Counted from the first letter of the stretch, positions 10,855-25,463 are shown. The stretch is 64,000 bases of DNA from Octopus vulgaris (GCA_951406725.2 OX597818.1:145142001-145206000), one strand, 5' to 3'. Made by a program: numbers and translations. Notes: generated by a model from the sequence alone, not told the origin.

Positions 10855-11503
10855 GAAAACCTACTTTTTTCCGTTGAGGGCTTATATGCCCCATTATTAG
10901 ACTATTTTCTTTATCATTGTGCGGTGATCGCTTATAAGCTTATAATACTATTATTATTATATACAGAATTTTAAAACTCGACGCTGCTTAACAAAACCAA
11001 GGCAGTATATATATATATATATAATGGTTTAAATCATACGAGAAAGGGCTTTGTCCATCCCTTCCCCCAAGAGCTCTCAAGACAGGCAAAAGAAAGGGAA
11101 TAAGTTATCGAACGAATTCTTAGACCAACGATCAACTCAAGCCCTGCAACAGAGCTTAACTCCAGCATCAAGGACAAAATGATGTTGTGTGTAAGTGGGT
11201 GACGGTTTAAGTGAACTGTCTTCGAAGAGGTATATCTCGACTAGTTTACGATTATTAGATTCCACATTGTTTACATCTATCAGATTCCACTCTCAAATCA
11301 TTGATCCAAGTCGAGTCAACGATATAAAGCACCTATCGTATATATCGGGGAGCGGGATCGAACCAGAGACCATCTGATTGGTAAACAACTGTGTTACCTA
11401 CACGTTTGGGCCATGTGTACACACTGGCATGCATACACAAGCAAATATATATTTTATATATTTTATATGCAAGCGGTGAATGTTTGTGTCTCTGTGTGTG
11501 TGT

Positions 11504-11545
<42 letters not shown>

Positions 11546-11699
11546 TGTGTGTGTATATGTTGTGTAAATACATCTCATGACAAACACGAAACAAATTTAC
11601 GCATATACATTTGCTTACTTACTGGCGCATAAACCACTGATACATTGGTGTGTATATACATTCTATACACTCAAGCAAAATATACACGCGAATATTACA

Positions 11700-12393
11700 G
11701 GCGTCTACTTACACCGGATGATATAAACACGTGCACACATATAACATCCACTGCCACACGCATAGAGAGAATCGTGCATATACACATGACTGTCACACAC
11801 ACACACACACACACACATGCATACACGTTCATAAACACACTGATTTGTCAATGTGTATATATATATATATAGATGACATCTCAGAGAGATGTAGATATAT
11901 AGAAAAACATTTAAACACAAGCACATTGAGCCACAGAGAAGTACACAAACGCTGTTGTCTGAGCACATACAATCTACTTCACAAACGCATACATATGGAC
12001 ACATGCGCGTAAATGCACGTGCACACACAGTGACTGACACAGGGGGACTTGCAGAGTCGTGCACATACATTGAAGAACACACGAAGTCACACACACACAC
12101 AAACGGGTATACAAGATACATACACCTTACATACACCTTACATACACATACATACACTTACAACTCAGATAAACACACACAGAGGCACACATACTCACAC
12201 ACAGAGGCACACATACTCACACACAGAGGCACACAAATCCACTTACACATACACTTGGTCATACAGACACACACACATATACACGCACATAATTCAACAC
12301 GCATACATGCATTCATACACATAAAACGCATACTCAGCCGCACACACACACACAAACACCACACGCCCGCTGACACCACTTGCATGCAAGGGA

Positions 12394-12430
<37 letters not shown>

Positions 12431-12639
12431 GTGGAACATACACATACGTTGCTACACGCGCACGTACATCGAAACGTGTGTATGGAGTCTAGCACACACA
12501 CAACGATGTATACACACACACACACACACACGCATATTCACTTACACACACAAAAATACGCATATAGACACACACTCATTGACTGATGCACACATAGACC
12601 CACACGCATATCCGAACAAATGCACACATTGGTTGAAAT

Positions 12640-12674
<35 letters not shown>

Positions 12675-12690
12675 CAAACACACACACCCA

Positions 12691-12732
<42 letters not shown>

Positions 12733-12794
12733 GACTCACACGTGTATTCACATACGCAGAAATATGGTTGAAATGACATATGAACACAATAACT

Positions 12795-12855
<61 letters not shown>

Positions 12856-13240
12856 CATTGTGGTAAATTCAGATGGATGGATGTACGGATGGCTGGATGG
12901 ATTCATAGATGGCTTGGTGGGCGGATGGACGGATGGGCGGATGGACGGATGAATGGAGGGACGGATGGATGGTTGGATGGATGGATGGACGGACGGATGG
13001 ATGGAGGAACGGAGGGATGGATGGACGGATGGATGAATAGATTGATTGATGGATGGACGGATGGATAGAGGGACGGATGGAGGGATTGATGGATGAATGG
13101 ATGGATGGAGGATGGATGAATGACTGTCTGGCTGGCTGGCTAGATGGATGGATGGATGGATGGTTGGACGGACGGATGCATCGAAGTCCAGATGGGTGGA
13201 TTGATGAATAGATGGATGGAGGGAGGCATAGATAGATAGC
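11700..13240. repeat. Degenerate (CA)n region followed by a (GGAT)n-type array
   Basis: CA-rich to ~12850; GATG/GGAC repeats at 12870-13240. Confidence 0.9.
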
Positions 13241-13459
13241 TGCTTGTTTAGCTTCTAAACTCGTATATGCACCCGTATATGCGATGTACAAACACGCTGT
13301 GACTCTTTCTGTCTCACACATGAATGCACACACGCACACACACACACACACTTCATATAGATATATACGTAGACACGAATACACGCATGCGCACACACTG
13401 ACAAGCACACGTAGAAACTCATTCACACAGACATACATACACCTGACTTTAGCATTGAT

Positions 13460-14327
13460 ATGGAGAGGGAGAGGAGGAGAGAGAAAGGGGGTAGGGAAAG
13501 AGAAGGAGAATGAGAAAAAAGGAGAGGAAGAAAGAGCAGTAAGGAAAAGACAGTGACAGAATGAAGTTCAGTTGAATGAAAAGAGAAGGAGCATGAGAGG
13601 GATAGAGAGAAGGTGAAGAGAGGGAATAAGAAAGTAAGAAAGAAGAGAAATATAAAGAAATAGATACATATGTGAGTAGAAAGGAGAGAGAGGGAGAGGG
13701 ATGGAGAGAGAGGAGAGAGAGAGAGGAGAGAGAGTAATGTTTAGGAAGAGATATGAATGTTATGAGTGAATGAATTTGATAAAGTAAGATATGGACGGGA
13801 AAAAAATGAGTGAAATAAAAGAAAAAGATAGCACAAGAGAAAGAGTGCATGCGAAAGAGAGAGGGGAGGGAGAGGGAGGGGATGGAGAGAGAGAGAGAGA
13901 GAGTGGGAGAGAATGTAGAGAGAGAGAAAGAGAAAGATAGATATAGAAAAAGAGAAAGTGAGAAGGAGAGAGACAGAGAGGGAGAATGAGAGTTAGGAGG
14001 GGGGAGAAAGGGGAGAGAGGGATGACAGAGAGAGTGAGAGAAAGAAAAAGGAGAGCAATAATTAGAGAAGAGGAGAGTACGAAAAGAAATAATAATGCCG
14101 AGGGAGAAAATAGAGAAGGAAGAGGAATGATGGAGAGAAAAGAAGAACAGGATAAGAGTGCATGAAGAGGGAAAAGAGAGAGGAAGAAAGTAGGAGGAAG
14201 AAAAGGAGAGTGAGAAGAGTGAAGAGGCAAAGAGAACGAAAATATATATTTGTGAGGAGAGTGAGAGAGAGAGAGTGAAAGAGAGAGAGAGGAAATAATG
14301 AGTGAGCAGAGAATGATGAATATGATT

Positions 14328-14373
<46 letters not shown>

Positions 14374-15200
14374 TAGAGAGATGGAGAGCGAGCGAGAGAG
14401 AGTATGTGAAAGAAAGAGAGAAACAGAGATAGAGTAAAAGACATGGAAAAGAGATAGAGGCATGGAAAGAGAGGGAGAGCCAGAAAGAGAGTGAGAGAGA
14501 TAAGAAGATCGAGAGAAAGAGAGAGAGAAAAAATATATTTAGAGAGAGACTCACAGAAAACGAGTGAGAGTGAGAGAGAGAGAGAGAGAGAAAGGAGTGA
14601 GAGAGAGAGAGAAAGAGTGAGAGAGAAAGGGAGAGAGAGAGAGAGAAATTAACGGAGATTGTGAAAGAGCGGAAAGTGATGAACTGAAATAATAAGTGAG
14701 ACAAAGACACAGGAAGCAAAGGAGAGGAAGAGAGGGAGAGAGGGAGAGAGGGAGAGAGGGAGAGAGGGAGAGAGGGAGAGAGGAGTGAAGAAGAAGAGGA
14801 ATAAAGAGACGAAGAAAGAGAATCAGAGATGGAATAGAAGGTATGGAGTGGCAGATGTGGAGCGACAGCTCGAATAAAGGTGGGGGGTGTGTGAAAATAA
14901 CAAAGAATAGAACGAATGGAAAGAGACTGGGAGAATGGTAGGGTGTGTGAGAAAGAGATAGATAGATAGAGAGAGAGAGAGAGGGAGAGAATGAAAGAGA
15001 GAGGGAGAGGGGGTATTTATATAAAGATAGCGTGCACGGGATAGAGAGAAAGACAAAAGATGATAGGATGGGTGCAGGGGGGGGGAATGTGCATAGAATG
15101 TGAAAAGGGGGAGGAGGGAGAAAAGAACAAAGAAAAAAATAGAGGAGTGAAAGGCCGAGTAAAATGAAGAATAGAAGGAGAAGAAAGTCGTTCATTCTGA
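13460..15200 (+). repeat. ~1.7-kb purine-rich (GA) low-complexity tract
   Basis: Mostly A/G on the + strand, with (GA)n and (GAGAGAGG)n islands. Confidence 0.92.
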
Positions 15201-15424
15201 CGAGAAAATCCAGCTTCGACATTCCGACCTATCATGTTTATGCACTGATATCAATTTGCACCTTTTGTTGTGTATTATTGAATCTGAATGTACACCTGTT
15301 TGCATAATGCACTTTGCTGTAACAACCAGCTGCTGGAATTTTGAAACAGCTGTAAAGGAAAAAGGGCTGTGTTTTTCTTCACCATATGTCTTTTTTAAAA
15401 TGATTGCTGTACATTTGAAACACA

Positions 15425-15490
<66 letters not shown>

Positions 15491-15593
15491 CTACCATATT
15501 CATTCATAAGGCGTTAGTCAATTCTGAATTATTAAATAATGCAGGGCTAGTTGAGTTGAAGTAATTGTCTCGCAGTATGGTTATATAATGTGT

Positions 15594-15995
15594 TAGGCGG
15601 CGAGCTGGCAGAAACGTTAGCACGCCGGGCGAAATGCTTTGTGGCATTTCGTTCGCCGCTGCGTTCTGAGTTCAAATTCTGCCGGGGTCGACTTTGCCTT
15701 TCATCCTTTCGGGGTCGATAAATTTATTACCACTGGTTTCTATATAATCGACTTAATCCGTTTGTCTGTCCTTGTTTGTCCCCTCTGTGTTTAGCCCCTT
15801 GTGGGTAGTAAAGAAATAGGTATTTCGTCTGCCGTTACGTTCTGAGTTCAAATTCCGCCGAGGTCGACTTTGCCTTTCATCCTTTCGGGATCGATTAAAT
15901 AAGTACCAGTTACGCACTGGGGTCGATATAATCGACTTAATCCGTTTGTCTGTCCTTGTTTGTCCCCTCCGTGTGGAGCCCCTTGTAAAGAAATA
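15594..15995 (+). mobile_element. Nin-domain-like tRNA SINE, full copy plus tandem partial copy
   Basis: AGGCGGCGAGCTGGCAGAAACGTTAGCACGCCGGGCG head; GACTTTGCCTTTCATCCTTTCGGG occurs twice. Confidence 0.88.
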
Positions 15996-15999
15996 AGTA

Positions 16000-17930
16000 T
16001 GGTTGTATAATGTGAGTCCGATTTGTGTGGGGAGTATATGACACGATGTCCCAGCCAACGATGAGTTGTAAACTTGATGTTAAGATCGTTTGGGCAATAG
16101 TAATGAAATATTCTCCACATTGTGCAAATGATTTCGTACTCATAGCGGCCCAGGAGAAACTGCTGCCAATTAGCTTACGCCATGTAGATCAGATTAAAAT
16201 TTTACGCCCGCTTCTCCATTGATAAATTTGTGATATATGAAGTCAACTGCGAATGTTTTTATTTCATTTTACTGTACTTGATAAATTTTGTGATGTCGTT
16301 TATATCCACTATGAAAAGAAGTAGGTCCAATACAGTTCCTGTGCTGGTGGATTTTGCTGGGCTTGAGTCGATTCTGTCAAATATGACACTGGGTTTTGCT
16401 CACCTCACCAGACAAAACTTGATTCAGTGGAGCAGTTTTTCTTGAATTCCAGTGCTGGATAGTTTTAAGAGTAGAATGTTGTGGTCGATTCTAGCGAAGG
16501 TATTGTTGAAATGTTTTAGTCCACTCCCCAAACTTTTAGAATGTCATCAAATGAAGCAGAAACTGAGTTGGGAAGTATTTGCCATAATGAAAATCATGCT
16601 GGTTGGGATTTAAGAGTTACCTGCTGCCTAGGAAGCTATTTATTGCTGTCTTCACCACACTTCAAATATTTTTATATGAGAAGTGAGTGAGATTGGGCGA
16701 TAGTTAATAGCAAGGGACCTGTTTTTGCTTTTTGAAGACTGGAATGACAGATAGAAAAAGGTAAGTTTGAGTGTATAGGCTGCGTCTAGCGATTTTCTTC
16801 ACATATTAATTAGAAGGGATTCAAGATGGTTTCTTCATTCCTTCAGGACACTAGCGGTGAATTTATCAGGGTTTACTACAAAATGTTATGATTCTGTTTA
16901 TTGTTGCAATGATATCTGTAATGGTAGAGGTGATGTGTAAAGGGGTCGACTTCACTTAAACAACTGAAGACAGCGTAATGGGGATGACGGAAGACAGTAA
17001 TATTGCTTCGATAGGATCTCTGTCATTTCTTTGGCTTCATTGAAGAGAAGATGTTATCATCTATAGGTGAGTCGATGGATGAAACAGCTGTCCTTTCTTG
17101 ACAAATGGATTGAAGATTTTCGGGATTGTCTTCGATTTTCTTTATGATCTAGCACTCTTCCTCATCAGTCATTTGACTATTGATTTAGGTTTTTATGCTG
17201 TTCCGCAGAAATAATTTTTCCTAATAAAACATTCTTACATCTGTTCATTCTGACTGCTGCTGGCAATGGCATTTGATTGACTGACTTTTTAAAATTTGGT
17301 CATTTGATTTGCGTGATGATTTTTTTCTTTTCTTTTTTTTTTCTTTTGTTCCTTTACTTCTCTTTTTGCTTATAATTCTTGACGGGATCTGTTTTGAACA
17401 TATATTGGTGACAATGTTCTCAAACCTTTCGAAGCAGAGTCGGTGTCAGAAGCAGCGTGAGTGAAGGACCAGTCAATACACAACATCTTGTCTAATTGCT
17501 CTCCAATCTGCATTGAGAAGATTCATGCTGTCAAACTGATGGGTTCAGCTGAATTTGGAACTAAAATTGCAGAGAAGCACGTCATGGTCAACCGGAAGAG
17601 TTTTCTTAACTGAGATAGCGCCAAAATGGTTTGATAATATTAGTTCCAAGATATTTTTGCTCTGTCTCATTGACCGAAGCACAAGTTGTGTTAGGAAAAA
17701 TTCATCCATGAAGTTCAGTAACAATTCTGTAACTGCTTTGCCTGGGTTGAGATGTTGTTTCCTGGTTTCAGGTTATTTGTAGGCAAATACGAAATGGAAT
17801 AGTTGTCACAGATCAGTGATACGTTACCAGGATTTTATGTTTGGATAACGTCTTGAATTGCTGAGGTACATTTCAAAGAATTGTAGAGGAGCATGATGAG
17901 GCATATAAGGAGCAACTATTTTATACAGAC
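16000..17930 (-). mobile_element. Degraded CR1-like LINE ORF2 (RT region)
   Basis: Minus-strand translations such as QHDFHYGKYFPTQFL (cf. QHGF...TQL) and TVLDLLLFIVDINDI (cf. QGSVLGPLLF.IYINDL). Many stops and frameshifts. Confidence 0.7.
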
Positions 17931-18044
17931 TTATTCGACAAATGCGCGCGAGCGTATACATACACATACACAAACACACACGCACACACACATACACTTT
18001 CACGTATATACTTTCTCCACATCGAGAGGCTACATCTCGGGTAC

Positions 18045-18195
18045 TAAGAATATGTGATTAGAATGTCACGGGAGAGAATTGCAAGACTGATTCTTGAAGC
18101 CGAGCCAACTAGCAAGAGACCTAGGAGTAGACGGAGAACGAGATGCTTGGATAATATCAATAGTCTGAGTAGGTTACGCTGGGGAACCGGTATCT
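18045..18195 (+). mobile_element. RTE-like LINE 3' fragment
   Basis: VIRMSRERIARLILEAEPTSKRPRSRRRTRCLDNI resembles the RTE C-terminal HV.RM...R.RGRP..RW.D.I motif. Confidence 0.7.
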
Positions 18196-18325
18196 GCTTT
18201 GGAGTATGGTGCTTATTCCATTTATATTTTTTAAACAGACCGCTGGGTAACGTGGACGTAAACAAATCAACATCGGCTGCCAGCAGTGGAGACACTAACA
18301 CGCACATACATACATACATGCATAC

Positions 18326-18356
<31 letters not shown>

Positions 18357-18642
18357 CATACATACATACATACGCACACACATACCTACATACATACCTA
18401 CATACATACATACATCCATTCATACATCCATATATACATCCATCCATCCATCCAAACAAACAAACAAAGATCCATGCATGCACACCTACACACCTATGTG
18501 CATACATACATTCTTACGAGTGTATATATATATATTCCTTTTTTCTTTACTTTCCTGAGCGTTCAATAACACTATACTTGTTGCACGTCCTCGCGTTGTT
18601 GTGTTTTCATGTTTGGATTAACTATATATATATATATTGGAT

Positions 18643-19047
18643 TGGAAGCACTCCGTCGGTTAAAAAAAAAAAAAGACTCCGCCGGTTACGACGACGAGGG
18701 TCCCAGCTGATACGATCAACGGAACAGCTTGCTCGTGAAATTAACGTGCAAATGGCTGAGCATTCCACAGACACGTGTACCCTTAACGTAGTTCTCGGGG
18801 ATAATCAGCGTGACACAGAGAGTGACAAGGCCGGCCCTTTGAAATACAGGTACAACAGAAACAGGAAGTAAGAGTGAGAGAAAGTTGTGGTGAAAGAGTA
18901 CAGCAGGGATCACCACCATCCCCTGCCGGAGCCTCGTGGAACTTTAGGTGTTTTCGCTCAATAAACACTCAGAACGCCCGGTCTGGGAATCGAAACCGCG
19001 ATCCTATGACCGCGAGTCCGCTGCCCTAACCACTGGGCCATTGCTCC

Positions 19048-19052
<5 letters not shown>
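18643..19052 (-). mobile_element. Full-length, CpG-retaining tRNA-derived SINE
   Basis: Head GTGGAGGAGCAATGGCCCAGTGGTTAGGGCAGCGG with GGTTTCGATTCC; closely related to the copy at 31844. Confidence 0.88.
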
Positions 19053-19138
<86 letters not shown>

Positions 19139-19169
19139 TATACATATATCTCTGTGTGCGAGTGTGTGT

Positions 19170-19485
19170 AAAACTGACAGTCCATGGGTTAAAAAGACGA
19201 GAGTTTCAGTTGATTCGATCAATGGAATAACCTGTTTGCGAAGTTAGCGTGCTACTGGCTGAGGATGCCGCAGACACGCATACCCTTATCGGAGTTCTCA
19301 GGAAAATTCAGACCGACACAGAATGTGACACGCCTGGGCCTTTGAATTACGTGTACAACCTAATTTTTGCTGGCTGAGTGGACTGGAACAATGTGAAATA
19401 AAGTGTCTTGCTCAAGGATTCAACGCGTTGCCAGGAATCGAATTCAAGACCGTGAGTCGAACACCCTCATCACAAAGCCACGCAC
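19170..19485 (-). mobile_element. Older CORE-like SINE
   Basis: GCTGAGTGGACTGGAACAATGTGAAATAAAGTGTCTTGCTCAAGG core on +; tail similar to the 18643 copy. Confidence 0.75.
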
Positions 19486-19544
19486 CGACACACACACGTA
19501 TTTATATACGTACATATATTTATACACATACATATATATAAGTA

Positions 19545-19675
<131 letters not shown>

Positions 19676-20032
19676 TTCCATCTACCTATCTATCACTCTC
19701 TCTTTCTCTCTCACTCTCTTTATATATGTATATACAGAGAGAGAGAGCGAGAGAGAGAGAGAGAGAGAGAAGAGATGGGAGAGATTCTTTGAATAAGTGA
19801 TAGAAAATAAAAGAATGGCAGAAAAATAACGTAGATGAGTGATAGAAATGGAGTGGGAAGGTACCTAGATAAGGAGAGCAGAGTGTTGGTGAAAGAGTGA
19901 GAGATTGAGAGAAATGAGGAGAGTGTTAGAGAAAAAGAAAGGAGAGAGAAGGGATAGAAAGGGGGGGAGAGATGCACAGAAAGAATAGGATTGTGAGATA
20001 AAAACCGGAGATGGTGATAAAGACCGACACAT

Positions 20033-20068
<36 letters not shown>

Positions 20069-20175
20069 ACTGTGAAAGAGGGGAGATAATGCGAGGAAGC
20101 AAAGTGTTAGAGGGTAAGATATACATATATGTATATATATATATGTATATATATGTGTATATATATATATATGTA

Positions 20176-20225
<50 letters not shown>

Positions 20226-20244
20226 TATATGTATATATATATAC

Positions 20245-20308
<64 letters not shown>

Positions 20309-20309
20309 T

Positions 20310-20377
20310 ATGTGGTCTAGTGGTTAGGATTCCTCGCTTTCACCCAGGCGGCCCGGGTTCGATTCCCGGCATGGGAA
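20310..20377 (+). pseudogene. tRNA-Glu(TTC) pseudogene, 5'-truncated
   Basis: ATG-TG-GTCTAGTGGTTAGGAT-T-CCTCG-CTTTCAC-CCAGG-CGGC-CCGGG-TTCGATT-CCCGG-CATGGGA-A. The first 4 acceptor nucleotides (TCCC) are replaced by (TA)n and there is a C30:C40 mismatch. Confidence 0.88.
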
Positions 20378-20847
20378 CGCATGTTTGAATGGCGCTGCCC
20401 CAGCATGGCCACAGCTCGTGAGCTGAAACTAGATAAAATTTTTAAAAAAATGAAAAATATATATAATATATAAAGAGAGGGAGAGAGCGAGAGACATTGA
20501 GATACTGAGAGAGAAAGATACGAGTGAGAGCAAGAAGAGGGTGATTTAGGCTTTTACAGTTCCATTCAAAATGTAGAATGCATTATTACATCGACCACAG
20601 TACGTAACTGGTATTAAAAGTAGGGTAGAACTGCCAAATAAACACACGCACTTATTTGGCAAAAAAGTAAATAAATAAATAGAAAAATAAAATAAAATTT
20701 AAAAAATGACAAATCCCGAAATACAACAATATCTGTTTCAATACATGATTTCATATCAGGATTCTTACAACACAAATTCATAAACGTATACATACATACA
20801 TACATACATATATATATATATGGATACCTGTTATCCAATATACTGCT

Positions 20848-20885
<38 letters not shown>

Positions 20886-20896
20886 CATACATACAT

Positions 20897-20943
<47 letters not shown>

Positions 20944-21118
20944 GGGAGATAGAGAGATAATAGATAGGTAGACACATGCATACATATACATACATACATA
21001 CATACATAAAAGACAGAAAGTGAGATAGGTATTTATTGGGTAAAAGAATACTGACTGAAAGTGCTGGAGATGAGAGAGGGGGAAGAGTGAGAGCTACAGT
21101 CGACAGAGTGAGAATACT

Positions 21119-21171
<53 letters not shown>

Positions 21172-21257
21172 AGAGAAGAGATACAGAGATCGGAGAAAGA
21201 GAATAGCATTGAGAGAGGAAAAAGAGGGAGGAGAGAGAAAGACATGGAATCTACGAG

Positions 21258-21318
21258 TAGATAGAGAGATAGGTAGATAGATAGAGAGATAGATAGAGAG
21301 ATAGATAGATAGATAGAG

Positions 21319-21364
<46 letters not shown>

Positions 21365-21580
21365 GTAGATAGATAGATAGATAGATAGATAGAGAGATAG
21401 AGAGATTGGTAGATAGGTAGATAGATAGATAGATAGATAGATAGACAGATAGATAAAGAGACAGAGAGCGGGATAGGGAGGGATAGAATTAGAGACTTGG
21501 GAGAGAGAAAGACAGAATGAGAGAAGGGAGATAAATAAGATAGATAGATAAATAGATTGATAGATAGATAGATAGATATA
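21258..21580 (+). repeat. (GATA)n degenerate microsatellite
   Basis: GATA/GAGA arrays. Confidence 0.9.
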
Positions 21581-22976
21581 TCGATATGTAGATAGAGAAT
21601 GTTGGTAGTGAGAGATAAAGAAAGATACAATGTATAAATGAAAGCAAGAAACAGCCCCCACCACTGTATATAATAATACTGTATTGGTGGCAAACAGGTT
21701 TTTTACTAATACACACACACACACACACATACACAAAGGCAAACACACACACACACAAACACACAAGCACACTCACACAGAGTCTCTGTCTGTCACACAC
21801 TCTCTCTCTCTTTCTATCTCACACAGGCACACACACACAGACACACAGAGGCATATATATATATAGATATATACATATATGCACACACACATATATATAT
21901 ATGCACTTACACACACACGCATACGCATATGCATGTACGTACATAGGTATACACACACACATTCGTATACACACATACTCAAAATGCATACACAAACACA
22001 TAAACATATACATACATACATGCATACATTCGTATACATACTATTTCACTGTTCCACCACTACTGCATATAAATATACACGCTCACACATATAAACACAT
22101 ATAAAACAGGAACCAAACACACATAAACAAACACACACACACACACACACACCGATAAACACAAATACAGGCATATATAGCATATACACACAAGGTTGGT
22201 ACTACATTCATCCATACACCGAAATACGCACAACACTCCACACAGAAGCATATATACATATACCCACATATACACCAACTCGCACTCCACACACACACAC
22301 GTCACATATACATCCCGTATACCACGTTCTCCCGTTTAACTAACAGAACGAGAGGAGGAGAAACGCTGTACAATTTTCGCTTGGATTTCACCACGGTCCG
22401 ACCACAAAAAAAAATTTTGTTTATTTTTTTCCAAAGAAAAAAAAAAAAAGAATATGGGATGTATATGATTTCAGTAGGACCTTTTCGGAATGTTACATAT
22501 TAGGGCTACTCCAATCAGAATAAATATAGGATTTTAAAAACCCTATAAATAAGAAAAGAACGGCTAGAAGTACAGAGAAAGAAAAAAGAAAATAAATTTA
22601 AAAAAAAATAATAATAAAAGGAAAAAAAGACAAAAATAAAAGAAAAGGGTAGAATACATACATACATACATATATATATATCTATTATATATTGTATATG
22701 TATACATAGATGTAACTACCCCTAAAAAAATCTTACCATAAATATAAAAAAACCAACAAAAATATTTGATAAATCAACTAATCAACTAGCCTTGGATGGT
22801 AATTAATTGACTAATAATTAAGAAAGGAAGAGTAAAAAAACACAATAATTATTGAAAAACAACAACACAGTATAATTATAATTAACCATCTGTTGGGCCT
22901 GAATTTGTTTTGATTAGTAAATCTGTATCTATATTCAATACTTAGTTATATATATACCCACACGTGTGTGTGTGAG

Positions 22977-23035
<59 letters not shown>

Positions 23036-24250
23036 GTAATATAGTATTGTGTATGCATATCTATATATATGTATGTACCTACATATATATAAACATATAA
23101 ATTCATGTATAAAATATAATATAAATAGTATAATTATACATACTAATATATGTGTGCAATATAAATCTCTGTTTTGGAGTCGTTTGAAAACTACTAGAAG
23201 GTAAGTACTTCATCTATAATTAATTAGTGTTTTATAAATTCTAACCTTATTAAAACAATCTAGTTGTAGGTTCGATTCTTGACTGGCGATAACTGACTTT
23301 TAATTTACACTTTTTACCTTTTTTCTCGTTCTTTTCTTCCAGGTTATTTCCACGTATACATAATTAATCTTCATTAGTTGCAAATTTGATTACTAACGAT
23401 CATTATTCCCCTGTAATTTAATTACCATTATCATTATTTCTTTTTTCTCCATTGACCGACATAAGCAGACAAATCGCTCGTCTAGGAGCTTATAAATGAT
23501 CGAATTTCATTTTCCCCATTTTCGAATTTGAATTTCAGTTGATGACGACTTAGCAATATTTCTTTTTAATCTGCCAACTGACTGAAAAATATATATACCA
23601 GTAATATACGGCGGGTCTAGTGAAATCGGCGATGTTACGTCCCTTCGTCAATTGACCTTGTTCTTGAACACGACACATCACAATGAAATGCGCGTGTTTG
23701 CGTGCGCGTATATGTGTATGTGTGTGTATACATACATATATACATATATACATATATACACACACACATATATATATACACACGCATACACGCACAAACA
23801 CATATGTTAGCTTATAGTTAATGTATGTGTGCGTATGCGTATTTTCTTCAGCTTATGAAAAAATATAACACATTCTACACTCTTGTATTGAGTTCTTCAT
23901 AACTGGATATTTCACATAATTCTATGTGTGTGTGTGTGTGTATGTGAGTGTGTGTGTGTGTGTGGTTGTGTGTGTGTACATTATATATATATTTAATGCG
24001 TTAAATATATACTTATAGAATTGCGTTTTTCGTCAACATTCTTCGTTCGAGTCACGCAGATTTTCAACTTTGTTTTTCATTTAACCGAGTTCGTAAAATA
24101 AGTACCAGTCAAGTACTTGGCTCCATAGTATTGACTAAACTCCCATTCCTGAAAATTGCTGGTCTTGTGCCGAAAATTAGAAACCATTTTATACGCATAT
24201 ATAATTATAATGTACTGGTGTGTGTGTGTGTGTGTGTGTGAGCATGTGTT

Positions 24251-24661
<411 letters not shown>

Positions 24662-24762
24662 TTTTATTCTTTAATTCTTTCACATTTTAGCCCTAAGGCT
24701 GTGACCATGCTGGAGTAATGCTAAATATATGAATTTTTATACGACTAGTTATATAAAATTAT

Positions 24763-24985
24763 AGGCGCAGGTATGGTTGTGTGGTTAAGAAGCTCGCTTT
24801 GCAATCTCATAGTTCAGGGTTCAGTCCCACTTCGTGATACCTTTGACTATTGGCTTAAGATAGAGTTCCGGGTGGACCAATGCCTTTTGAGTGAGTTTTA
24901 TAAGTAGAAACTGTGTGTAAGCCTGTTGTGTGTGTACATACATACATACATACGTACATACAAAAATACATACATACAAACATGT

Positions 24986-25042
<57 letters not shown>

Positions 25043-25385
25043 CATATATACATACATATATATAAATATACATACACATATATATATCTTTATATATGTA
25101 TATATATGTATATATATATATGTATACACACACACACATACATATATATATGTATGTATGTATGTATGTATGGATGGATGGATGTATATGTGCATTTTTA
25201 TGTTTGTGCATGTTACTTCCCACCATTAGGTGAGCGGCGTTGGTTTGTTTACGTCCTAACTCTGCGGCGAAAGAGGCCGATTAAATAAGTGTCAGACTTG
25301 CGAAATAAATAGTGATGTCGATTTGTTCGACCAAATCCGTCAAGTCGGTGCCCCAGCATGGTCGTCGCCCAATACCTAGTAAAAG
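24763..25385 (+). mobile_element. tRNA-derived SINE with an expanded internal microsatellite
   Basis: Head AGGCGCAGGTATGGTTGTGTGGTTAAGAAGCTCGC...GGGTTCAGTCCCAC; tail GGTGCCCCAGCATGG. Confidence 0.75.
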
Positions 25386-25416
25386 AAAAAAAGTTATATA
25401 TATATATATATATATA

Positions 25417-25463
<47 letters not shown>

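Larger units (their letters stand above)
9782..11006. repeat. Inverted plus tandem array of a ~310-bp unit containing a tRNA-like module
   Basis: Minus-strand unit 9782-10090 plus a partial unit to ~10180. Plus-strand units at ~10180-10650 and ~10650-10960, partial to 11006. Shared GGGCTTATATGCCCCATT and CACTACGAACTAATTATAGTTCTTAAATCTGAC. Confidence 0.9.
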
